Positions 16,502 through 25,813 of a stretch of DNA of 43,293 bases are shown one piece after another. The notes below the pieces were generated by a model. It worked only from the letters and a program-made list of their open reading frames with translations, made no database searches and was not told the DNA's origin. Both the position numbers and the translations under genes were made by a program. Positions within the stretch are counted from its first letter, which is position 1; every line of letters begins with the position of its first letter. Location of the stretch: sequence record PV357169.1. One strand, written 5' to 3'. This DNA comes from a phage.

Positions 16502-17469
16502 TGATTATCAACGGGGTTGACTTGTCCCAGCTCGGGGAGCAGCTAGCCCCGCAGAACTCTGGGAAGATTCTGCTATATGACGCAGATTTTTGCGTGTACA
16601 AAGCCGCCGCTACAGTGAAACGTTTAGATACGGCGATACGTCGCTTCTATCAGCTAGTGCTTGAGGACATGTTCTTGGTGGGCTGCTCGGAAGCAGTGGC
16701 GTATCTTACTCCTGCTGGTTGTGCTAAGTGTCTGCGTTGGCACCTACCCACAGCTAAGCCGTACCAGGGGCAGCGAGCTAATCGGCAGGAGCTACCACTG
16801 AAGGCACCTTTGAAGCGGCACCTGATTGATAATCCGGACCAGTATTCTGAGCAAGGTATCCAAGTAGTTAGTAGCGACTTCTTCGAGGCGGATGATCTAT
16901 TCATAATGGACTCATACGCTTTCGGTGAGCGCGGTATACTGATGTCACAGGACAAGGACTCCTGGCTCAGCCCTATGGCCCGGTTCGATATCCCGACCGG
17001 AACCGTGTGGCCTGCCTTGAATAACCCCTTCGGCTGGATTAAGTGGGATGATACCCAGGCTATGCCAGTACGGGCGCATGGCACTAAGTTCTTCTGGTGG
17101 CAGATGCTAGCAGGGGATGACGCAGATAACGTCAAAGGCATCACATTGCTTGATGGGAAGCTCTGTGGGAAGCGAACGGCCTTTGATGCTATCTACCCTA
17201 TTACCTCAGAGCAGGACGCCGCAGAATTCGTTGTAGCGGCTTATGCTCGAAACAACCAAGACGTACTCGCAGAGGCTGAATGCCTGTGGCTGAGGCGCTC
17301 CCAGTCAGATTCAGCGTACCTGTATCTGATGTCACTGTTGACTACTCCCAGTCTGCGTGACTGGGTGCACTCGCTGCACGAGTACCATAAACAGCACATA
17401 CAGTGGATACAGGAGCACCCAGACAATGGCGAAGATGACTGCGAAGGAAATGAGCCTGCGGGCGATTGA
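16501..17469 (+). CDS. 5'-3' exonuclease (FEN/PIN-like, T7 gp6-like)
   Basis: Acidic clusters LLYDADFCVYKAA, FEADDLF, GDDADNVKG. Confidence 0.7.
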   Translation: MIINGVDLSQLGEQLAPQNSGKILLYDADFCVYKAAATVKRLDTAIRRFYQLVLEDMFLVGCSEAVAYLTPAGCAKCLRWHLPTAKPYQGQRANRQELPLKAPLKRHLIDNPDQYSEQGIQVVSSDFFEADDLFIMDSYAFGERGILMSQDKDSWLSPMARFDIPTGTVWPALNNPFGWIKWDDTQAMPVRAHGTKFFWWQMLAGDDADNVKGITLLDGKLCGKRTAFDAIYPITSEQDAAEFVVAAYARNNQDVLAEAECLWLRRSQSDSAYLYLMSLLTTPSLRDWVHSLHEYHKQHIQWIQEHPDNGEDDCEGNEPAGD

Positions 17470-17641
17470 GTTATACTACGAGGGGAAGCATGATGAACTT
17501 GAAATTATTTTGGACGCGCTGCGTGAACGAGCACCCAAAACACATCGAAGAACAGTTGAGCATTTGGATTCTCTCATTCACGACAATGCTCTGCTGGATG
17601 TAGTGGGGGAGATTGAGTTATGCGGGATATACTCGGATTAA
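17426..17641 (+). CDS. Hypothetical protein (71 aa)
   Basis: Internal ATG of track ORF 17357-17641 with AGGAG 10 nt upstream; overlaps the exonuclease 3' end. Confidence 0.4.
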   Translation: MAKMTAKEMSLRAIELYYEGKHDELEIILDALRERAPKTHRRTVEHLDSLIHDNALLDVVGEIELCGIYSD

Positions 17642-17700
17642 TTATCTGTATTGTAATAGCCTTATGTGGCGCACTGCTGGCTTATGGGTTAAGTTTATGA
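17620..17700 (+). CDS. Tiny hydrophobic peptide (26 aa)
   Basis: GGGGGAG RBS 8 nt upstream; bridges two genes by overlaps; speculative. Confidence 0.2.
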   Translation: MRDILGLIICIVIALCGALLAYGLSL

Positions 17701-17855
17701 CTCCACTGGATAAGATTAGGGCGCAATTAGAAAGGGAAACTACCGTTAAACCTAAAATTAAAACGGTGCCTGGACACTTAAGAAACACAAAGTGTCCGTG
17801 CGGTAGTGGTAGAAAGGCAAAGAATTGTTTGTGTGAGGACCCTAAATGGCCCTAA
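17697..17855 (+). CDS. Small protein with SEC-C-like metal-binding motif (CPCGSGRKAKNCLC)
   Basis: Internal ATG of track ORF 17613-17855; motif read directly. Confidence 0.4.
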   Translation: MTPLDKIRAQLERETTVKPKIKTVPGHLRNTKCPCGSGRKAKNCLCEDPKWP

Positions 17856-18268
17856 GAAAGATTACACGGGCGCAGATTCGCTCTGTGGCTATTAAGCTCG
17901 CCAAAGACCAGGGAGGCGTATGCCTCCTTTGTGGCAAACCTTTGGACTTTACAATCAAGGGGGTAACGGGTGATTCTGTTGTCGTTGACCACTGTCATAT
18001 TACTGGGCGTATTCGGGGTGCTCTTCATCGCTCGTGCAATGGAGGGGAAGGCAAGGTGGCATCTGCCGCTGGGCGCTGGATTGTTGGTAGCATGCAATCT
18101 CCTGGGGCTATTGCTGAATCTCTGCGTAGGGTTGCCGACTACCTAGACCGAGAGCCAACGGATATGCTATACTATACGCATAAGACGCCGGAAGAACTGG
18201 CACAGGCACAGAAGCTCAAGGCCCGCAAGGCCAGGGCACGACGCAAAGCACGGGAGACTATTAAATGA
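17846..18268 (+). CDS. Endonuclease VII-like Holliday-junction resolvase
   Basis: VVVDHCHITGRIRGALHRSCNGGEG matches the His-Me finger pattern of T4 endonuclease VII. Confidence 0.7.
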   Translation: MALRKITRAQIRSVAIKLAKDQGGVCLLCGKPLDFTIKGVTGDSVVVDHCHITGRIRGALHRSCNGGEGKVASAAGRWIVGSMQSPGAIAESLRRVADYLDREPTDMLYYTHKTPEELAQAQKLKARKARARRKARETIK

Positions 18269-18642
18269 CGGACGTTATTCTAGGTAAATGCGCAGGTTAT
18301 TGTGAGGCTTGCGCTGGGGATATCAGATACCCTCACAGAGACTCTTTAGCTGTTAGGATGCAAAGACTTAAACCAGCAACTACACAGGAACCTACTGCAC
18401 CTGTAACCACTGACGCAGTGAACTCCCCGAAGCACTATCAGTTCTTCCCGGACCTAGAGGCTATCGAAGTTATTGCTCGTAGCATGACTCAGGAGCAGTT
18501 CTACGGTTATTGTTTGGGAAACAGATTAAAATACCGTCTACGCGCCGGTAACAAGGATAAACTGGAGCAGGATATCGCCAAGTCAGATAAGTATCTGGAG
18601 CTGTATGGGAAGCACAAAGGACTCTGTACTGATGCCGAGTGA
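18265..18642 (+). CDS. Hypothetical protein, possibly DUF3310-like
   Basis: NSPKHYQ and downstream YxxR segments recall that phage family; recalled, not searched. Confidence 0.35.
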   Translation: MTDVILGKCAGYCEACAGDIRYPHRDSLAVRMQRLKPATTQEPTAPVTTDAVNSPKHYQFFPDLEAIEVIARSMTQEQFYGYCLGNRLKYRLRAGNKDKLEQDIAKSDKYLELYGKHKGLCTDAE

Positions 18643-18783
18643 GTGGTGTCACCAGATGTGGCAAGCAGCAATAGAGCGGGGTGACGAAAGCTCCGCTAAT
18701 GATTACCTGGAGATGTACAATCTCTGGGTAAGTCGAAACCAGTAGTTAGAAATACCAGACATAACCAAGGAGATTAAGCGCCT

Positions 18784-21252
18784 ATGATTAGCGCCCTGAA
18801 TACGGTTGTAGTACCAGAGGAAGCACTGGTGGAACGCCAGTTGGAGCTTGAAGAGACCTACAAGATTCGCGGCATTGAACGTGCTCGCAAATTGATTACC
18901 GATGCTCTACAAAACGGCGGGATTATGAACCTGCCAATGACTCAGCGTATGCTCACCTCTGCGTATGATGTAGCCTCTGCAGCCATTGAGGAAATGCGTA
19001 ACGTTAAAGCCCCAGGTATTGGTGGAAAGTACCGCCGATTCCTGCGCTTAGTCCCCTTGGATGTCCTAACTACTCTGAGCCTGTGCACAATGTTTGAGGC
19101 GTTCAGTGTAGCCCCTGGTGAGTCCGCCAGTCGCCGCCAGACAGCTCAGGCAGTGATGTCCGCTCTGGGTAGGAATGTACAGTCAGAGCTGCTGGCCCTA
19201 CAACTACGTAATGTTGCCCCAGCGTATATGGACCGGGTATATGAATACCTCACTGAGCGCCGTACTAAGTCGCCTACGCACATTCTACGTACGCTCCGCG
19301 CCAGTGCTGAGAACGTGCACTATGGGCATGAGCCTTGGACCAACGCTCAGAATATTTCTGTGGGACGTCTGCTGTGTTCCGCAGTGTTTGAGACAGGGCT
19401 GTTCCAGTGGAAGACGGGTAGTGGGAACTTGAGTATGCTATATCCCGCAGATAATGTTATGGAAGCATTTCAGCAGTTAGTGGAATCTGCTGACACTGTA
19501 ACTATGAAGCCTCCGATGCTGGTACCGCCGGTGCAACATACTACACTGTGGGATGGTGGATACCTCACCCCAATCGATAACCGTGGGACGTACCACAACT
19601 CACACATTGACCGCGCCAGACTGCGTGAAGTAGCAGAAGCATTTAAGTCTGCGGACGGTATCAAGAAGGCACTTAATAAGGCGCAGGAAACTCCTTATCG
19701 CATTAATAAGCAAATACTGGAACTGGTACAAGAAGCACGGGCCTTAGGTATTGGTGTAGGTATGCCGCGCTCAGTGCCAGAGCCGAAACCTGAGTGGTAC
19801 TTAGATGGTGTACCAAAAGAGAATTACACCGAGGAGGAACTCGACCGCTTCGGAGAGTGGAAGACGCGTATGTCCTTATGGTACAGCGCCGACCGTAAGC
19901 GTGTGTCGCAACTGCGTAGTCTATTGACCACGCTAGAGATGGCAGAGGAATTCAAAGATGAGAAAGCCTTGTACTTCCCGACTTGTGTGGACTGGCGGTA
20001 CCGACTGTACTTCAAGTCCTCACTGCACCCACAAGGTTCTGATTTGCAGAAAGCCCTTCTTGAATTCGGACGAGGTAAACCTCTGGGAGAGAGGGGGCTA
20101 TTCTGGCTTAAAGTGCACGTCGCTACATGCTTTGGTTATGACGAAACCCTATTCGAAGACCGCGCAGCTTGGGTTGATGCAAACTTTGCAGAGATTGAGC
20201 AGCTCGCGGATTCTCCTTTTGATTGCCCTGCTTTTACCTCCGCCGACAGCCCTTGGTGCTTCCTGGCAGCCGCTATCGACTTGGTTAATGCTGTACGTTC
20301 TGGATGCCCAGAAGAGTATATTAGCCGAATCCCAGTTGCTATGGATGCTACAAACTCAGGTGGGCAGCACCTCTCAGCGCTCCTGAGAGACCCTGTAGGC
20401 GGACGCCTGACGAACCTGTACTGGGAGGGTAACGACAAGAAAGCGGATCTGTATATGGACGTGAAGCGCCGTACGGACGAGAAGGTGATACTGGACCTGG
20501 ACAAAGAGGATTTCGTTATCCAGAGCACGTACTGGAGAGAGAACGAAATCACTCGAAGCATGACCAAGCGTCCTAGCATGACCTACTTCTACAGCGCCAC
20601 GGTGCGCAGCTGCAGCGACTACATCTTTGCAGGGGCCTGTGAAGAGGGGTATGAAGGAACAGACACGCACAGTCTCTGGAACTTATCCTGCTACCTTGCC
20701 CCTAGAATGCGTAGCGCTATTGAGGAAGCTAACCCGGCAGCAGCAGCAGCTATGGGGTATCTGCAGAACCTAGCTAGGCGTGTACCTGCTAGTCAGCATC
20801 TGCAGTGGAAGACTCCTCTAGGCGGGTTGGTGATGAACCGGTACTCTCAGCGAGAGGAGGTGCGTGTACGTATTGATTGTATGAACCTATCTGCCGTGCT
20901 GGTGCACAACCGTGACTTTAAGACCTGTAATAAGCGCAAGGCTGCCTCCGGTATTGCTCCGAACTTTGTACATAGTCTGGATAGTACGCACTTGATGATG
21001 GTACTCTGTGCTGCAGAAGGTATAGATATTATACCTATTCACGATTCGATGGCTACTCACGCATCTGACGTTGATGCTCTGCACCGCCATATCCGTGAAC
21101 AGTTTGTGAAGCTGTACGAGGAGCATGATCTTCTGGGGGATATTACCCGGGCAGCTGCCGAAGCAGGGGCAGACCTCACAGATTTAGAGATGCCTGCAAT
21201 AGGTACTTTGGACATCCGACAAGTACTGGAATCACCCTTCTTCTTCTCATAA
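18784..21252 (+). CDS. DNA-directed RNA polymerase, single-subunit T7-like (822 aa)
   Basis: Catalytic motifs PVAMDATNSGGQHLSALL and IPIHDSMATH; AAGGAG RBS; sits at the end of the replication module. Confidence 0.9.
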   Translation: MISALNTVVVPEEALVERQLELEETYKIRGIERARKLITDALQNGGIMNLPMTQRMLTSAYDVASAAIEEMRNVKAPGIGGKYRRFLRLVPLDVLTTLSLCTMFEAFSVAPGESASRRQTAQAVMSALGRNVQSELLALQLRNVAPAYMDRVYEYLTERRTKSPTHILRTLRASAENVHYGHEPWTNAQNISVGRLLCSAVFETGLFQWKTGSGNLSMLYPADNVMEAFQQLVESADTVTMKPPMLVPPVQHTTLWDGGYLTPIDNRGTYHNSHIDRARLREVAEAFKSADGIKKALNKAQETPYRINKQILELVQEARALGIGVGMPRSVPEPKPEWYLDGVPKENYTEEELDRFGEWKTRMSLWYSADRKRVSQLRSLLTTLEMAEEFKDEKALYFPTCVDWRYRLYFKSSLHPQGSDLQKALLEFGRGKPLGERGLFWLKVHVATCFGYDETLFEDRAAWVDANFAEIEQLADSPFDCPAFTSADSPWCFLAAAIDLVNAVRSGCPEEYISRIPVAMDATNSGGQHLSALLRDPVGGRLTNLYWEGNDKKADLYMDVKRRTDEKVILDLDKEDFVIQSTYWRENEITRSMTKRPSMTYFYSATVRSCSDYIFAGACEEGYEGTDTHSLWNLSCYLAPRMRSAIEEANPAAAAAMGYLQNLARRVPASQHLQWKTPLGGLVMNRYSQREEVRVRIDCMNLSAVLVHNRDFKTCNKRKAASGIAPNFVHSLDSTHLMMVLCAAEGIDIIPIHDSMATHASDVDALHRHIREQFVKLYEEHDLLGDITRAAAEAGADLTDLEMPAIGTLDIRQVLESPFFFS

Positions 21253-21258
21253 AATTTA

Positions 21259-21275
21259 ATGTTACAGGAGTAGGA
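21259..21275 (+). promoter_or_regulatory. Copy 2 of conserved motif ATGTTACAGGAGTAGGA, abutting the first post-RNAP gene
   Basis: Exact 17-mer (20-mer TTAATGTTACAGGAGTAGGA shared with copy 3); at the replication/structural module boundary. Confidence 0.45.
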
Positions 21276-21719
21276 ATGAAGTTAAAACACACTAGTAAAA
21301 CACCCAATACTCACTCACTAAAAGTTCTGCATAAGCACGATGATATTAGAGAAGCAGTGAGGGCTCTGCACGAACTTGGTCACGGCATTAGTCGGGGCCT
21401 TACCACAGAGCAACACTATTGGAGAGTACTAAAAAGTATACTGGGTAAACAGTATATACTAGGAGTCTATGACTCCCGGGGCGACTTAGTAGGTGCTGTC
21501 AGTTACTACCCAGAAGCTGTAGAGGACTGCCATTACGTAGAGCCTGTGTTGTACACAGACTTCTTCGTATTGAAACCAGGAAACAGTGAGGCAATGCTTG
21601 TAGTTATGAAGGGTCTGCAAGCAATCGCTAAGTGTATGCGAGCTGGGCGCATCGCCATTAGTCGCAATACATCGGATAATACTTACAAAACAACTTACCA
21701 TTTAGTGAGGTCAGCATGA
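21276..21719 (+). CDS. Hypothetical protein (147 aa)
   Basis: First ORF after the RNA polymerase. Confidence 0.6.
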   Translation: MKLKHTSKTPNTHSLKVLHKHDDIREAVRALHELGHGISRGLTTEQHYWRVLKSILGKQYILGVYDSRGDLVGAVSYYPEAVEDCHYVEPVLYTDFFVLKPGNSEAMLVVMKGLQAIAKCMRAGRIAISRNTSDNTYKTTYHLVRSA

Positions 21720-21979
21720 GCGGTGGATTAGGTAAACTGTTAGGTAAGGCCACGGATATGCTTGGCCTTACTGATAACGAAGGATTAGAACAACAGCAGC
21801 GCATGGCTGAGCAGCAGGCTGAGGCAGCAAAACAGCAGGCAGCCTTAGAGGCAAACAGTGCAGCTGACAATATTGCTGAGGTAAACCCCTCCGGCGCGGC
21901 CTCTGCATCTGCAGATGCAATTACGTCTGAGCAGAAGAAACGGCGACGGGCAGGGCAGAGCAACCCCCTGGGCCTGTAA
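21716..21979 (+). CDS. Small hypothetical protein, possibly virion-associated (87 aa)
   Basis: Gln/Ala-rich; immediately upstream of the portal gene. Confidence 0.5.
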   Translation: MSGGLGKLLGKATDMLGLTDNEGLEQQQRMAEQQAEAAKQQAALEANSAADNIAEVNPSGAASASADAITSEQKKRRRAGQSNPLGL

Positions 21980-21988
21980 GGAGGAAGC

Positions 21989-23584
21989 TTGGACTATAAA
22001 AAGACATTAGCGGAACTGTTCCTGGGGGACCAGGATGCTGGCGTACTGGATGCGTCAGAGAAGTTTGCTGAGTGGACGCTACCTACAATCTTTACCCGAG
22101 AGCTCTATACTGATGGGCGGCGTATGCAGCTTAGTCGAGACTATCAGAGTACAGGTGCTCAGCTGGTCAATACAGCAGCGACTAAAATTGTAGGTGCGTT
22201 ATTCCCGCAAGGTACTAGCTTCTTTCGGTTCTCTAAGAGTGCAGCCCTTGACAACTTTATTAGTAGTCTGGGAAGTTCTAGCACTGCGGAATCCCGTCTA
22301 TCCGAGGTAGAGAACACCGCCTCTCAGAAGGTGTTTGAGAAGGATGGGTATGCTGCTAAGCTTCAAGCTGTGAAGTTGCTGCTTATCACCGGGAACGCAT
22401 TGGAGTATATCGATGAAAGAACCGGGAAATCCATTATCTACTCGGTCCGTAACTTTACCGTTCGAAGGGATGGTAGCGGGAACGTGCTGCGACTCATTAT
22501 CAAGGAGCGCGCCAGCATCCAGGACCTCCCAGAAGACATTCAAAAAGCACACTACAACGGACGGGACCCCTACAGCGACATTGATATCTACACTGCCGCT
22601 TGTCGTAAGATTAAGCACCTTCCAACTGGAGAGGAAGCAGTAAGCTATGAGGTGTATCAAGAAGTTGATGGCCGTCGCCTAGGAGAGAGCAGCACCTACC
22701 CTGAGCTGGAACTTCCGTATAACGTATTGGTGTGGAACCTGGTTAATGGTGAGCACTATGGACGCGGTCTGGTGGAAGACTATGCGGGTGACTTTGCGCG
22801 GCTATCTGTGCTGACCGAAGCGTTGACCAACTACGAGATTGAGGCCTCCCGCCTTATCCCTATGGTTGATGCTAGTTCTGGACTGGATGTGGACGAGTTC
22901 TCTCAAGCCGAGACCGGTGAGGCAGTACAGGTTGGTGGTGGTGGTAGTAATGGTAACACCAAGTCCCCTGTAACAGCTTACGAGGGTGGTGCAGCTCAAA
23001 AGATTCAGTGGATTGCTAGCGACATTCAGATGCTTGAGCAGAAACTGGCTCGTGCGTTTATGTACACAGGCAATGCTCGACAGGGTGAGCGTGTAACTGC
23101 TTATGAGATTCGTCAGAATGCTAAAGAGGCAGAGTACGCTATGGGTGGTGGATTCAGCATCCTCAGTGACTCCTGGCTGCGTAAGCTCGCGTACCTGTAT
23201 ACTATCGTGGCGTATCCTAAGTTCAAGGTGTACCTCACCGAGGGTGTAGTGGATATCAACGTGATGGTAGGTACTGCAGCACTAGCTAAAGCAGCAGCAG
23301 CAGATAAACTGCTAGAAGCTACCCAGGCTATGCAGCTGGCTATTCCTGTGCTCAAACAGCTCACTCCTCGCTTTAATGAGGATGCATGCGTAGATTGGTA
23401 CTTGGATGCATACGGTATTGTAAGTGGACCGTTCATGCTCACAGAAGAGCAACTGCAAGAGAAGCAGCAAGTTCAAGATAATGCAGCGGCGGCATCAGCA
23501 GCACAAGCACAGTCGCAGGTACAAGATCTCCAGGCAGCGGATCCTACCGTAGCAGGACAACAACTAGGCCTGTTACCGGGCTAA
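21989..23584 (+). CDS. Portal (head-tail connector) protein, T7 gp8-like
   Basis: GERVTAYEIR...GGGFSILS and GEHYGRG segments parallel recalled T7 gp8; TTG start with AAGGAGG RBS. Confidence 0.8.
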   Translation: MDYKKTLAELFLGDQDAGVLDASEKFAEWTLPTIFTRELYTDGRRMQLSRDYQSTGAQLVNTAATKIVGALFPQGTSFFRFSKSAALDNFISSLGSSSTAESRLSEVENTASQKVFEKDGYAAKLQAVKLLLITGNALEYIDERTGKSIIYSVRNFTVRRDGSGNVLRLIIKERASIQDLPEDIQKAHYNGRDPYSDIDIYTAACRKIKHLPTGEEAVSYEVYQEVDGRRLGESSTYPELELPYNVLVWNLVNGEHYGRGLVEDYAGDFARLSVLTEALTNYEIEASRLIPMVDASSGLDVDEFSQAETGEAVQVGGGGSNGNTKSPVTAYEGGAAQKIQWIASDIQMLEQKLARAFMYTGNARQGERVTAYEIRQNAKEAEYAMGGGFSILSDSWLRKLAYLYTIVAYPKFKVYLTEGVVDINVMVGTAALAKAAAADKLLEATQAMQLAIPVLKQLTPRFNEDACVDWYLDAYGIVSGPFMLTEEQLQEKQQVQDNAAAASAAQAQSQVQDLQAADPTVAGQQLGLLPG

Positions 23585-23598
23585 CAACAGAGGTATAA

Positions 23599-24471
23599 AT
23601 GGACGGCGTAGAAACCACTCAAACTAACGTAACAACTACCCAGGTAGAGAACCAAGGCGGCCCTAAGATTCCGGGCCTGGGCGCTCCTCTTAACGCCCCA
23701 AATAATCAGGGTGTGCAGGATGCGCAGATCTCTATGCAGCAGCAACAGGGCAAAGATTCCCCTGCACCTGCAGTAGTTCCGGCAGTAGCTCCAGCACAGA
23801 TTCCTCTGGATATCGAAGCCCTAAAAGCGGCCCTTAATGACAAGGGTGGCGAAAGCGCCAAAGAGCAGCCTCAGGAGCTGGCTCAAACAGGCAACCCGAC
23901 GATTGATGCCGGTGTAGCGATGTTGAAGCAAGTCTCTGGGTTAACTGACTCGGACATGGTGCGGGCACTTAGTAAGGCCCTGGAGTATCAGGACCCTAAC
24001 CTAATCGATACGGCCTTCATCAAGGAGCGCTTCGGTGAGCACGCTGCGTATGCAGAGCTGCTGGCTAAGGCGTATCTTGAAGACCAGGTGGGACAAGCCA
24101 CTAAGGCTGTACAGGAAGCGTATGACCTCGTAGGCGGGAAGGAGAATTGGGAGGTAGCAGCGCAGCTGTTTAATTCCAAGGCCCCAGAGCCTCTGCGTAA
24201 GGCTGCACGAGTCCTGGCTGATTCTGGTGAGCTTAAACAGGCAGCAGAGTTAGTGGCAGGTTACTGCCGTGATATGGGTCTTATCAAGACCTCAAATCCA
24301 TTAGTACGTGGTGTCCCTGGCAACAATGCCTTGTCCGCTGCGGACTTCAAAGTAGAGTATGCTAAGCTGCGTCAGGAGGCAGGGAACCGAAGCCTGGAAT
24401 CTCAACAGTTCAGTCAACGTTATCATGATTTACTCGCACGCCGTGAAGCCGGTAAACGCGTAGGTCTTTAA
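23599..24471 (+). CDS. Scaffolding protein (putative)
   Basis: Position between portal and capsid; size and acidic, helical-looking composition. Confidence 0.55.
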   Translation: MDGVETTQTNVTTTQVENQGGPKIPGLGAPLNAPNNQGVQDAQISMQQQQGKDSPAPAVVPAVAPAQIPLDIEALKAALNDKGGESAKEQPQELAQTGNPTIDAGVAMLKQVSGLTDSDMVRALSKALEYQDPNLIDTAFIKERFGEHAAYAELLAKAYLEDQVGQATKAVQEAYDLVGGKENWEVAAQLFNSKAPEPLRKAARVLADSGELKQAAELVAGYCRDMGLIKTSNPLVRGVPGNNALSAADFKVEYAKLRQEAGNRSLESQQFSQRYHDLLARREAGKRVGL

Positions 24472-24495
24472 TATCATTTAAAAGGAAAGTAATAC

Positions 24496-25515
24496 ATGGC
24501 AGATACCATTTATAAAGCTGGTGACACTCGTCCGCATTGGGGTGGAGCGGCGTCCGACGTAGATATTCACCTGGAAGTGTACCAGAATGAAGTGGATACC
24601 CGCTTCCAGTACCAGGCGCTGTTCCTGGGTCTCTCTAGCCAGCGCTCTATCAGCGGCTCTAACACCTACCGTATCGACCGCCTGAATACCTCTGCGGTGA
24701 AGGGTCGTCGTTCTGGTGAAGCGCTGGATAGCACTCCGGTCCGTAACGATAAGATGATTATCGTAGTGGATACGGTGCTGTACATCCGTAACCCAATCGA
24801 CTACCAGGATGACTGGACTGGTCCGGACTTCCTCTCTGAGATGGGTCAGAACAACGGTTCCGAGTTCGCGGAGACCTTCGACCAGGCGCACCTGATTCAG
24901 CTCATCAAAGGCCGTTCCTGGGTTGCACCAGCGCACCTGAAGCCTGCGTTCAACGACGGTATCGAAGTAGGTGCTTCTATCCTCGTAGCGGGCAGTACTC
25001 CGGATAAGCAGCTGACTCAGGCTGAGATGGAAGCCAACGCCATGAACATCAACCTGGCTCACAAGGCTGGTATTGATGAACTCATCAAGCGTAAGACTCC
25101 GCTTATGGATATGATTACTCTGGTGGACGTGGATACCTACTCCCGACTGCTGGAGCATCCAAAGCTGTTAAATCTTGAGTTCGGCGCAACTAACGACGAC
25201 GGTTACAAGAACCGCCGAGTTGTGAAGATGAACGGTGTGCCGGTAGTAGAGTGCACTGAGTTCCCGACCGAAGCTGGTACACACCCGCTGGGTACAGCTT
25301 ACACGGTCACTGAGGATGATGCGAAGTGCCGCATGGTGACTTTCAGTAAGTCCAAGACCTTGGTGACGGTAGAAGCTAAACCGTTCACTTCTCGTATCTG
25401 GGATGACCAGCGCGAGTTCAACAACGTTCTGGACTGCTACGCGATGTACAACATCGGTCTGCGTCGTCCAGATACCGCCGCAGTGACTAAGTTCACCTTC
25501 ACCACCAAAGCCTGA
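24496..25515 (+). CDS. Major capsid protein
   Basis: 339 aa ORF in the T7 gene 10 position; followed closely by a strong terminator. Confidence 0.8.
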   Translation: MADTIYKAGDTRPHWGGAASDVDIHLEVYQNEVDTRFQYQALFLGLSSQRSISGSNTYRIDRLNTSAVKGRRSGEALDSTPVRNDKMIIVVDTVLYIRNPIDYQDDWTGPDFLSEMGQNNGSEFAETFDQAHLIQLIKGRSWVAPAHLKPAFNDGIEVGASILVAGSTPDKQLTQAEMEANAMNINLAHKAGIDELIKRKTPLMDMITLVDVDTYSRLLEHPKLLNLEFGATNDDGYKNRRVVKMNGVPVVECTEFPTEAGTHPLGTAYTVTEDDAKCRMVTFSKSKTLVTVEAKPFTSRIWDDQREFNNVLDCYAMYNIGLRRPDTAAVTKFTFTTKA

Positions 25516-25526
25516 TTGGAGGTTAA

Positions 25527-25724
25527 ATGGCAGTAATCGCCGTGTTCGGTCTGGAGACTCTCAAGGCCAACGCTGCTCAACGTGAGGCGGTAAAAGCCGC
25601 CTCCGAGGTAGCGAAGCACATTCAAGTAGGTTCGGTCGAATCTGGCCGCAAAGCTACTAAGCGTACCCGCAAAGCTGTTGATGCAGTAGCCGACGCAGCA
25701 GCTGGTACAGAAACTAAAGAGTAA
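25527..25724 (+). CDS. Small hypothetical protein between capsid gene and terminator (65 aa)
   Basis: Own GGAGG RBS 12 nt after the capsid stop. Confidence 0.4.
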   Translation: MAVIAVFGLETLKANAAQREAVKAASEVAKHIQVGSVESGRKATKRTRKAVDAVADAAAGTETKE

Positions 25725-25727
25725 TAT

Positions 25728-25770
25728 GCGCCCCTGGTGCCTTCGGGTGCCGGGGGCTTTTTTTTTTTGT
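25728..25770 (+). terminator. Rho-independent terminator after the capsid module
   Basis: GC-rich hairpin with TTCG loop (GCGCCCCTGGTGCC-TTCG-GGTGCCGGGGGC) followed by T11. Confidence 0.8.
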
Positions 25771-25813
25771 CCCTGTCTTAAAGGTCCTAGGGGTCTTTAA
25801 TAGAGGAACAAAT

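Noticed and set aside
18656-18745. 29-aa ORF between the DUF3310-like gene and the RNA polymerase gene
   Set aside because: No recognisable RBS and too short to judge; left unannotated.
24478-25158. 226-aa minus-strand ORF
   Set aside because: Antisense to the major capsid gene; the same applies to the other minus-strand ORFs in the track (for example 34578-35120, 20136-20579, 16650-17144).
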